Of a stretch of 43,424 nucleotides of DNA, positions 1 to 10,031 are shown in pieces. The position numbers and the translations under genes were made by a program. How positions within the stretch are numbered: position 1 is the stretch's first letter; the number at the start of each line of letters is the position of its first letter. The notes below the pieces were generated by a model, which saw nothing but the letters and a program-made list of their open reading frames with translations, was not told the DNA's origin and ran no database searches. This DNA is from Folioceros fuciformis (Eukaryota): the NCBI GenBank assembly GCA_049999805.1, contig JBNGIO010006327.1:91673-135096 (forward strand), written 5' to 3'.

Positions 1-430
1 TTTTCATGTTGTCTCAGTTCTCTCACGAAACACACCATTTTCATGTTGTCTGGGTTTTCTCAAGAAACAGAAGAGATGCACAACATCGAAACTTCATCAA
101 ATGGAAACTGAACACATACACAACAGATACACAACATTCACCAAATCAAATTGAATCACAACATTCAAGAAACAAACCGTTTTCATGTTGTCTCACTTCA
201 CTCAAGAAACAGACTCTTTCCATGTTGTCTCACTTCACTCAAGAAACAAACCGTTTTCATGTTGTCTCACTTCACTCAAGAAATAGACTGTTTCCATGTT
301 GTCTCACTTCACTCAAGAAACAAACCGTTTTCATGTTGTCTTACTTCACTCAAGAAACAAACCGTTTTCATGTTGTCTCACTTCACTCAAGAAACAGACC
401 GTTTTCATGTTGTCTCACTTCACTTCAGAA
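1..430. repeat. 37-bp tandem repeat array (TTCACTCAAGAAACAAACCGTTTTCATGTTGTCTCAC)
   Basis: CAAGAAA recurs at 166, 203, 240, 277, 314, 351 and 388 (period 37), with a degenerate copy at 1-70. ORFs 6..554 and 151..513 are repeat-derived. Confidence 0.95.
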
Positions 431-479
431 ACAAAATGAAAACACGACATTCAATTTCTCAAATGGAATCAAAACATTC

Positions 480-770
480 GAGGAACATACCGTTTTCATA
501 TTGTCCCACTTAACTCAAGAAACTGAACAGATACACAACATTCAAGATACGTAACATTTTCATATTATCCCACTTAACTCAAGAAACAAAACAAATACAC
601 AACATTCAAGATATGTAACGTTTTCATGCTATCCCACTTAACTCAAGAAACAGAACAGATACACAAGATTCAAGAAACAAATTTTTTCATACTTTTCCAC
701 TTTACTCAAGAAATGGAATAGAAACATAACATTCAAGAGATAGAAAGTTTTCATACTGTCCCACTTTAAC
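480..770. repeat. ~64-bp tandem repeat related to the 37-bp unit
   Basis: TCCCACTTAACTCAAGAAAC recurs at 504, 568, 632 and ~696. The unit is the 37-mer core plus a CAGATACACAACATTCAAG segment. Confidence 0.85.
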
Positions 771-944
771 ATCTTTCACAAGTTGTAACTAGAGCTTTTA
801 GATGCAATTGTCTTGAACACTTGTAACATCTTCCACAAATCCAACTAGAGCCCTGTGATGCAATTGTCCAAACCACTTACAACGTCTTCCGCAAAGCCAA
901 TTGGAACCAGGTGCAATTATCTCGACCACTTTTGGAACATCTTT

Positions 945-1270
945 TGGAGATCCAACACCATTATAGTAACATTTTCTGCAAATCCAACACCACTACAATA
1001 ACAACTACTATAGATCCAACACCACTACGGTAACATCTTCTGTAGATCCAACACCACTACTGTAGATCCAACACCCCTACTATAGATCCAACACCACTAC
1101 GGTAACATCTTCTGTAGATCCAACACCACTACTATAGATCCAACACCACTACAATAACATCTTCAGTAGATCCAACACCACTACTGTAGATCCAACACCT
1201 CTACTGTAGATCCAACACCACTACAGTAACATCTTATGTAGATCCAACACCATTACAATAACATCTTCTA
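945..1270. repeat. Interspersed 20-bp and 32-bp tandem units (TAGATCCAACACCACTAC core)
   Basis: TAACATCTT markers at 1031, 1103, 1155, 1227 and 1259 are spaced 72/52/72/32, i.e. 32+20n. Confidence 0.9.
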
Positions 1271-1715
1271 CAGATCCAATAAGAGCCTTTGAATGCAATT
1301 GTCCAAAACACTCATAACATCTTCAACAGATCCAACAAGAGCCTTTGAACGCAATTGTCCAAAACACTCATAACATCTCCATTGTCCAAAACACTCATAG
1401 CATCTCCAACAGATCCAACACGAGCCTTTGAATGCAATTGTCCAAAATACTTGTAACATCTCCACCAAATCCAACTTGAGCCTTTGAGTGCAATTGTCCA
1501 AAACACTCATAACATCTCCAACAGATCCAACAAGAGCCTTTGAATGCAATTGTCCGAAACACTTGTAACATCTCCAATACATCCAACTAGAACCTTTGAA
1601 TGCAATTGTCCAAAACACTCATAACATCTACAACAGATCCAACAAGAGCCTTTGAATGCAATTGTCCAAAACACTCATAACATCTCCAACAAATCCAACA
1701 AGAGGCTTTGAATGT
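1260..1715. repeat. 56-bp tandem repeat array (AACATCTCCAACAGATCCAACAAGAGCCTTTGAATGCAATTGTCCAAAACACTCAT)
   Basis: AACATCT at 1511, 1567, 1623 and 1679 (period 56). Diverged copies lie at ~770-945 and a truncated unit near 1372-1400. Confidence 0.95.
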
Positions 1716-1767
1716 GGATGTCGAAATCAATATATAGATTCAAATCAACTTACATCTTAGCTAGCTA

Positions 1768-2165
1768 TGAGCACTCCCTGAGAAAGGTAAAAAGGGAAGT
1801 GCTCTTGGTATTTTCAACTGGCCGATATGAAGCACATCCTGAGAAAGGCAAAAAGGGAAGTGCTCTTGGTATTTTCACCTTGCCAATATGAAGCACTTCC
1901 CGAGAAAGGCAAGAAAGGAAAGTGCTCCTCGTATTTGCATCTTGTTGATACAAAGCACCTCATGAGAAAGGCAAAAAGGAAAGTGCTTCTTGTATTTTCA
2001 TCTTGCCGATAAGAAGCACCTCCTGAGAAAGGCAGGCAAAAAGGAAAGTGCTTCTTGTATTTTCATCTTGCCGATAAGAAGCACCTCCTGAGAAAGGCAA
2101 AAAGGAAAGTGCAAGGCAAAAAGGAAAGTGCTCCTGATATTTTTAGCTTGCCGGTAATAAGTGTG
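1768..2165. repeat. ~61-bp tandem repeat array with an internal inverted repeat in each unit
   Basis: GAGAAAGG at 1780, 1841, 1902, 1964, 2025 and 2090. Each unit carries AAGTGCT...AGCAC arms. Confidence 0.9.
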
Positions 2166-2285
2166 TCCATAAAATATGAATCCACATGTCCTGTTAATAA
2201 TGAGCTTGAAGACAGTTGAAGATTCTTTCGACATTTGATTGCTTGATGTCGAGTGTACTTACACAATCATAGAGAACAAAGATAT

Positions 2286-2385
2286 NNNNNNNNNNNNNNN
2301 NNNNNNNNNNNNNNNNNNNNNNNNNNNNNNNNNNNNNNNNNNNNNNNNNNNNNNNNNNNNNNNNNNNNNNNNNNNNNNNNNNNNN
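2286..2385. other. Assembly gap (100 N) with duplicated flanks
   Basis: TGATGTCGAGTGTACTTACACAATCATAGAGAACAAAGATAT occurs immediately before and after the gap, which suggests overlapping contig ends. Confidence 0.95.
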
Positions 2386-2527
2386 TGATGTCGAGTGTAC
2401 TTACACAATCATAGAGAACAAAGATATAGAAACTCAACTGATGTCCTATGCTTCACTTCAAGGATACAGTCTCTCGCTTTCTGCAAATGACACCCCTTTC
2501 ATGGTTCAGGATTCAAGGTTGGAATCA

Positions 2528-2702
2528 AAGTTAGAACAAACAATAAGTTCAAAGTTAGAACAAACAATAAGTTAATAGGTACTGAGCGAGTACCTACTAG
2601 AAAGAGCAAAGCATGTTTCTTCGTCGGATACATACCTCGGAAAGAGCAAAGCATTTTGGTTTATCTGATACATACCTAGAAAGAGCAAAGCATTTTCATT
2701 TA
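2528..2702. repeat. Short tandem duplications (2x24 bp; 3x~39 bp)
   Basis: AAAGTTAGAACAAACAATAAGTT occurs twice (2528-2573). GAAAGAGCAAAGCAT occurs three times (~2600, 2640, 2679). Confidence 0.85.
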
Positions 2703-2830
2703 TCGCGCCTTCCTGGGAGGACACTCCTTGGAAACTCCTTGACCAGGAAGACCCAGGGTTAATGAGACGTTCAGAAAATCGCATGATTCGTGCATAAGAA
2801 TCCCTGCATGTTGGCAGCACCCTGTTATTG

Positions 2831-5800
2831 TCATGTTACTAGGGTCCGTGTCATGGTAATCAAGATTGCAAGTGCAGGCCTCTCACTCTTACCGGTTCGA
2901 GGGGAATCAACCGCTACTGCCGGTGGACATAGTGATGGACCAACTGCAAGTTGTGGGCTCCGTGGCCCAAGAAGATCAATACCGAAGCTAGCTGGTGGCC
3001 CAAGAAGATCAATACCAATGCTAGCTGGAGGAGGCAATGACGGAATCTCCCGCTTCCTAGCCTTGGGTGCCAGTGGTCTGAATGCACCCACTACCGAAGA
3101 GCTGGGGTAACTCTGGATCCCATGGTGTTGGGGGATATTTTCGCCTAGCCGTGTGGCCCTTTTCCTCAAGGGTCGTACGGGAGTATTTGCGACGGGTACA
3201 GGCCCGGCCGCAATATTTGTTGCTCTCACTACCGGGACCATAGCCGATCCACCTACTATGGGAATTTGATGCGTGGATCCTGTTCTAGAAGTAGGAGGGA
3301 TGTTGACACCCACCGAATAGCTTCCAGGTCCTCGTCCAGCCATTGCTCCAGCTTGAAACACTGTACCTTCGAGAATGCCTACCTCCCCATTTGTCACAGT
3401 CGGAATTGTAACCGGATTCGAAAGTAAGCACTGTGCTTCTGATGGAGCAGGAGTGACATGCAGGCCTGGCATCTGAACCGCTGGACTGAAGATCATACTC
3501 TGCTGGGGAACAGCAAACGATTTGTTCCACAGCGAGGCGTCATCAACGCTGTTTGCCTGCGCAGAACCATATGCCATACATACATGTGTATCAGATGGCG
3601 TGATTCACTCGTGTTAGAATGCACCTGGCCATGGTTATAACCTAGTCTGCCGAGATATGACTATAACTCACTTTCTGGAGGAAGAGAACTCCTTGAAATA
3701 ACTCGCCGTTGATGTCTGTGGACACCAGATAGCCATGGTCAAATACTCCTACTACGCGTGCTTGTACCGTAACGCCACCCTGCGGAGGAAGACAGTGCAT
3801 CTCGTCACACAAGAGCCAGGCCATCACCAACCCCGGGACATCCGCAATCTCCCACATCTGTTCAGGAACGTACTGATTGAATTACCGTGACAGGCCGAAT
3901 TTGCAGATGATCGCCCTGGAAATGATCCACGTTAGACTGGAAAGCGTGGTTGGTATGTACGCCGTTCGTAGTTGATTGATCCTGTCCATCTGTGGCCGTT
4001 GGCAGAGTAATCCCACCCAGGGCTGGAAGTGGTGCTACAATTGTTTGAACCTGTTGGTTCGGATGACCGTTGAGTGGAAGTGACGGATGGCTACTCAGTG
4101 TACACCCGTCTTGAATGTAGGTGGCTGAGTCCCGTATCATCGATCCCCTTTGGATTGTTCCTGATGCCTCTTGAACTCTTCCCTCCAAAGCCTGCAATGA
4201 CTGAGCGGCACTGTTTGCCTCTGGGAAAAAGATGTTCCGAGGCTGGTGGATGGAGGAATCCACAGAGCAGGGTCTCCAGATTCCTGTTTTCATGTCTACT
4301 TCCGTATGCGCTTTCTCACTTTCCGACATGACTTCTGCGGCAAGTCTGGACTTGGTCACATCAAGAGCACGCCTAGCCTTTGCCATGATGTTGCTGGTGC
4401 TCCTGCGTTCATTGGTAAATTGATAATCTGAGGACAATTGAAGACGTTCAAGTTAGACTTGCATTCCACTCATTCTGTGGAGAAATCTCTACTGGGCTCG
4501 CAATTACTGATCCATCTAGACAGTAACAAAGGTCGGGCAAATCTCCATCCCCACGTTCTTATCTCCTCCGTGGCCTTACCTTCTTGAAGGCCGAATATCC
4601 CTGGTGTGATGTTACTCTCTTCAGATAGGCTTCGTTTTCTGCTGCCAACTGAGGGGACGCCCAAGGGCTGGAAACCTATTGACGCTTGGGATACTTGGAT
4701 TTCAATTGCCGCTTGCAGGGCTGCGACTTCTTGAGATGTTCGCACAATGGTAACATCGGTACCATGAAGAGCTTCATGCGGCTGCGTATTCCGGCAGTTC
4801 ACGAGGAGAATCTCAGCAGAAGGGTGAGAATTCAGGCATTGTAGGGGATTTCCTGAATTGAAAGGCAGACTCTTGTAGACGTGGTCATTTTCTTTTAAGA
4901 ACAACTTCGGATGAGCACTTACAGTTGGCACAGTCTGTGAGGATGAAGCCGGCGAATGGTGAGCTCCCGCAGCATTTTCCTCCAGTTCCGAAGGACGGCA
5001 TCCAGGACATTCGCAGCTGTAAAAGTTTCCTGAGGACAAACTGGCGGCCGCTTGAAGTGTCTCCCCTGACCCAAGGGTGTCCAGAATGAGAACCTCGCCC
5101 AGTGTGGTGTTGGAACATCTGTTTCACACAGGCTATGAGCACAGGTCTGTCTCACGCAGAGCCCTGAACAATGCCCCACAGGTGGAGGCAGGTTTTGCAA
5201 CTGCATACAAATTGAGTAAAAGTGGATTCGAGGACGCAGTTGTCGATGTCAGTGCTCCCCAACTAGTTGGAGAAAAAGCCTAGGGGGAGCATACTTACCC
5301 TCCATAGAAGAGGACGGGGCCATGCTCTTCCACGAACGTTGTCGAGTGTAAGAACCTTCCTCGTGGAACTGCGCCAGTCGCGTCAATTTGCACCCACACC
5401 GCAAACCGTGTGTGCAAAACCCATAAATCGTTAAAGCGGGTGCCTCCTCGCCCGATACCTCCAAATATGTAGATCTGATTTTCAGGGCCGTATCAAATTC
5501 TGTGCACCTGAGAAGAAAAATCAAAATTCTTGGTGTATTGTCAAAAACTTCACCTTGTCATCCTTGGTGAAGCAGGAGTGACCAGCTCGGGGTGGAGGAT
5601 GCGTATCTCCCACAATGCTGAACTGTGAGAAGAAACGAGTGCCCAGAATGTGGTCAGACTGTTTATATACGTGATGCTGGTGTTGCCCATCATCGTGAAA
5701 GCACAAGCTTGTGAAATGTTGAGACGGAATACCTTAGACCACTCGTACGTGTTGACGTTCAACACATTCACTTCAGTCACAAACTGATTATCCCCAGCGT

Positions 5801-6737
5801 CTCCCCCAACAATGAAGAGACGGTCTCCCACCATCACTGCTGAATGTGCCCTCCGTGGCTTTGGCAATGGCCCGGACACGGCTGGGCAGGACCATTTCCA
5901 TGACTTGAGATTGAGAACATACAAATCCTGCAAACAAGGCTGCGCGAGCCCGCCTCTTCCCCCAAAAACAAGCAGAAGGGAATTGTGCTTATCCAACGTT
6001 CCACTATGACAATCTCTCGCGAGCGGAAAGTCCCCTGGATTGGAGACGAATGTCATCAGCTTGAGAGCGAGAACTCAGTCCCTTTTTTCTGACACCATAG
6101 ACAAAGTAATTGAGCTCCAAGACAAGGAAACTGCATTGTGTTGCACAGCAAACCTAATCCTCGGACGGACCCACAGCAAGTACCTGAAAGTCGTGGTTTG
6201 GTCCATACGAGTGTCTTGAGGTCGAGGTACAGGAGGTCATTCGTCTTCTCCAGGGACCCATTGGTCTTGACCACGGTCCCTCCAAATATGAACACGGTAC
6301 TCTCAATCAGGAAAGCTGAGTGACCTTCGCGCTGCCCTGGCTCCTCCCCCGTCGTCACAAGAACCGTAGACCTTTTTGTCTCCAGGTTGATACACAGCAC
6401 ATCACCCAGCTTGTTACCACCGGAACAACCCTGTCGCACACAAATCGTCTCAATAGCCAGACAATGCCAGGATGCGCAAATGTAAGAGAAGATGAGCTCA
6501 CAAACTGGGAACTGAGGCAAGCAAAATCGGGAAACACGATAACCACAAATGCTTGCGCACCCCGTGAACGTAGAGGCAGTTGTTCTCATACACAGCTACG
6601 TGCCCCATCCGCGTGGATGGGACCACCAGCTCTGGGTCGATCCATGTGAAGCGCTCAGCCTCCAGAATATGCTTCCTCAGGCTCTTTTCTCTCCTCTCGT
6701 TCCAAGCAGTTGGCCGCCAAGTCGGTAGAGTGGCCAT
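2831..6737 (-). CDS. Multi-exon kelch-repeat (galactose oxidase/kelch beta-propeller) protein with a long low-complexity C-terminal region
   Basis: Spliced kelch blades: PSTRMGHVAV..LYVHGG, PGQREGHSA..VFIFGG, PLARDCHS..LLVFGG, PKPRRAHSAV..LFIVGG, PPPRAGHSC..IYIFGG, PRGRFLHST..LFYGG|CSNTTLGEVLILD. The motif VVGVFDHGYLVSTDINGELFQGVLF (~3680-3760) resembles the C-terminal module of plant At1g74150/At1g18610-type kelch proteins. GT-AG introns fit in phase. The start (ATG 6737), the 3' exons and the stop are less certain. Confidence 0.85.
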
Positions 6738-9283
6738 CACAGGCGCAAGGGATCACTGAGCCAAACGCGGAGCCGCCCAAGCCCAGAGAGCCAGAGTGCC
6801 AGGGTGCGGCGGGATTTGCGTACTCCAGCCTGCATCCAAATGCCCTCCACGAGAGGAGCGTCAACACCAAAAGCACAGCAGGGAGGAAGAGGCGCAGGAC
6901 TCAAAGCGTCGACAAGCTTCCCCGTGCGATTGCACGTTGTTTGGGATCGTCAGCCCCGAGCCCGAGCGCGAGCCCAAGCGGAAGCGCGTACGAACCAGGA
7001 AGAGAGGCGCGCGTCCGAATTTCGCAAGCTTGCGACGCGCGCACAGCACAGTCAGGGGGGTACCTCGGCAGAGAGCGCTGCAGCGGCCGGAATGGAATTC
7101 GCGTCCGGGCAGCTCCACCACGCACTGGGCCCGATTTCTGAGCAGGCGGGTGGGGGAGCGGGGGGGAGTAGGTGAGGGCGCGCAGGCGGGCGAGGTGGAC
7201 AGGTCTGAGTAATCTGCGGCGGCAGGACGACACGATTCGGACTCCGAAGCGGATCGCGAAGAGCGATCGCGTAAACGGGATCGTGCCAATATCTGCAGCC
7301 ACATTGGCGCCCACAATTAGAGGGCCAGGCAGGAGTATATTTTGCATGCTGCCCTGCCGCGCAGCTCTCCAACAGCTGCAGCTGCGCGCACTGAGCCACA
7401 GTTCCAAAGGTGATAGCGACGGCCGCGGGAAGTGAGCGTGACGGCGACGCCAGCAACACGGACAGCGATGTCATCAGCAGACCGGCTCACAAATGGTTTC
7501 CTGCCCCTCGCTCGTCCTTCAACTCCGGGTTAACAGCCTGGTCACATTCGCGGGCTCTTTGTCCTTGCCGAGCCAGCCATCCGCCATTATCACAATAGCG
7601 ACATCCTTGAGGGTCGCCTGCTGCGATTGCAGGCTCCATGCATACATCGCCTTCGCAGGCCTGTAATCTCATCAAAGCTGTTTGGTAAAAGTTGTTTTCT
7701 GGCGTCAAATCAGGTCTGCTACGGCCCTCTACAAGGATGCATTACATATCTGGTCTGAAGCTTCGGAAGCAAGTGTGTTTGTACCTACGGGAGCTGAGTC
7801 ACACATATGCACTGAGAGCCGTCTCCATAGCTCCCCGCCTTGTCCTTGTCTCATGCCATGTCACCGGAGCGTGTGCATCGGAAACAACGGAGAGATGAGC
7901 AGGAGGCGTGTCAAACATGGGAAGCTAGGGCTCCAGGAACTCGCCGTCCCACGTTGTCGTGACATAGAAGATGTCCATGCTGGGGTTGGTGAACCAACGT
8001 CCATGAGCCTCAGAGTGTGGCAGTCCACAGCGACAGCGGTGTTTGCAGGATGTGGCGCTGCCAGGACGAGAACTACAAGCCCTACCTAGCCTGCCCTAAC
8101 CTGGCCGAGCCGAGGGAGTACGTCCTTCGTCCTCGAAGCTCCACCTCGTGCCGCGTGAGCTGTTCGTGTCAAGATCCACAGGATGCTGCGGATGCAAAGC
8201 TACGCGTATGCGTATCGCAAATGCAAAGGCTAATGTGTCTCCCCTCATGCGCTGGCTGTCATCCAGGCAGGCAAAGATAGGCAGGACAGTCAGAGCAGAG
8301 GCTTGTGTATTGAGGTTTCTTGTGAGCAACCACCACCATGACAAACGCACGAATTGCAGACCGGTGCGTTTTGACTCGGACAGCAGCAAGCCTTCCGTGT
8401 CAGACGTATGTGTGTAGCTAGCTAGCAAGCAAGCTATGTACACACAGCTCTCAAGGTCAATTGTAACCTCCTCCTCCCCTCATCCCCTAACCAATTTTGT
8501 TCCTGATGAGGAACCTCGCAAAGTGGCTGCAAGTCTGATGTAGCCTGGCCACCTACCAGTGTGAAAAGGTGTGACTTGGGCTTGCCTTGGATGTATTCAG
8601 AGGGTCATGAGAGCGTTTCCGTCTGGCAAAGGCAGGCGTTGTGAGCTCACGGGCGAGGCTATGCTACCTGTGTTGAGCTCCCGTCACATTCGCCTTTTCA
8701 GCTCACAATTGTGCTACTCCTCTGGACAGCTGTCGCTGTTGTAGCCTGGTGCGACTCTAACGGTACGCTGCAGCCTGTCTGAAGGAGATGGGGGGAAATC
8801 AGGACTGATGTGCCACACAACAGGGGTTGCAAGACTCGCTGGCATCATGCTGCTGAAAGCGCAACAACAGTGACATCCCGAGGCAGACGCTCGAGACAAC
8901 AGCAGGCGCTCCATCACACAGCCACAGGCCGCAGTGCCTCGACACCCCACCCCATACATACTCCCTTACCTGAGACGGCAGCTTTCTGTAGCCTGAAAAA
9001 CGTCGTCATCCTCATTCGTGCTATTCCTTCGTATCCTATCACCTGATCACACTACTAATCCAAGCCCAACTTTTGCTAAACTTTAAAAATCTTATAAATT
9101 TAAAAGTCCATTTCACTTCACTTTAGCGTTCTCATAGGATATAAACAAAGTAACTACAAAGTTCTACATGTTTGCTCATCAAAGTCTATGGAAGAAGAAG
9201 ACATGCATGCACACATACATTCATAATCCTTACAAGTTCACAATCACATTCATGGGTATTTTACTGAGTGCATGTGTAATCCA

Positions 9284-9736
9284 TTATTCTTCATTCCAAG
9301 GACTCAAGGTTTCTTGGGGCAATGGGGAGTCAGAGTACCGGATGAAGCAATCTTTGGCATAGAGTTCAGCAGTCTTCTTCAAAGGGCAGAATGTTTGATC
9401 AATCCATATACTAAGTGTAAGAATACAAACTGCACAATCTTCTCTACTTGTCATAGTGAGTGATGGTTGAGAACATGAACCGCGGTAATGAATCTCTCCA
9501 TAGGACTCCTCCCGTGGTAAATTACGTGCCGTTCCCAATACAGGGAATCCTTGAGGGATCATATCTTGCAATCTTTGTTTCATTAGTTTATGCACTTGTT
9601 CATATACACTATTTGGTGCAAAGTTACTTTCCCCGCATTTCCAATATGTAATAGTTGTATCAGAAGTAATTGGTTGCGTCATGCATTTAGTTATAAGTAA
9701 GCACATACTGAAACCAAAGAAGAATTTAAAAGACAT
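9284..9736 (-). CDS. Secreted single-domain DUF26 / ginkbilobin-2-like cysteine-rich protein (150 aa, intronless)
   Basis: Hydrophobic N-terminal signal-like segment. Six mature cysteines follow the Gnk2 pattern (WKC, GSC-x12-C-x2-C, FCP, CFIRYS). Confidence 0.85.
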   Translation of the reverse strand: MSFKFFFGFSMCLLITKCMTQPITSDTTITYWKCGESNFAPNSVYEQVHKLMKQRLQDMIPQGFPVLGTARNLPREESYGEIHYRGSCSQPSLTMTSREDCAVCILTLSIWIDQTFCPLKKTAELYAKDCFIRYSDSPLPQETLSPWNEE

Positions 9737-10031
9737 GATGTATAGAAATATGAAGTGAAATACTATCTTATCCTTCTTAAAGTCGTTGATAATGTTCTAT
9801 ATGCTGCCTCCTTGGTGAAGATTTTATAAAATGCGGGGTTGCTCAACTAACTCGTAGGATGTGTAAACTGACACAAGAATCGGATAGTTTAGAATTTTAA
9901 ATACAAAACAGGTGAAAGGTTTTTTGTTTGGATGGTGCTGGTCCTTCGACGAGTCTTCCAATAGGAAGATTGCCAATGGCTTCTTGAGGTGGCTGTTGCC
10001 ATCCACGTGAAAGATGGAAGGCCTGAGTCCC

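Noticed and set aside
160-2165. CRISPR-like appearance of regularly spaced repeats
   Set aside because: Units are head-to-tail without unique spacers, there are no cas genes, and the context is eukaryotic and intron-rich.
6-2266. Multiple ORFs of 60-180 aa at the window start
   Set aside because: They are translations of tandem repeats whose periods are mostly not multiples of 3, and the same peptides recur in different frames.
2245-2427. ~41-bp direct repeat around the first gap as a possible element terminus
   Set aside because: It exactly abuts both sides of an N gap, so it is best explained as contig overlap.
5263-5298. Possible 36-nt micro-intron in the kelch gene
   Set aside because: The downstream acceptor at ~5119 restores a proper kelch motif (GGCSNTTLGEVLILD) with a normal-sized intron.
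6700-7480. Many overlapping ORFs on both strands
   Set aside because: Very GC-rich promoter/leader DNA depleted of stop codons. The peptides are Arg/Ala/Pro-rich with no recognisable domain.
8503-8540. TGATGA...CTGA as a C/D snoRNA or hammerhead core (also CTGATGA at 15365)
   Set aside because: The spacing is too short for a snoRNA, there is no terminal stem or recognisable rRNA guide, and no stem II/GAAA hammerhead architecture.
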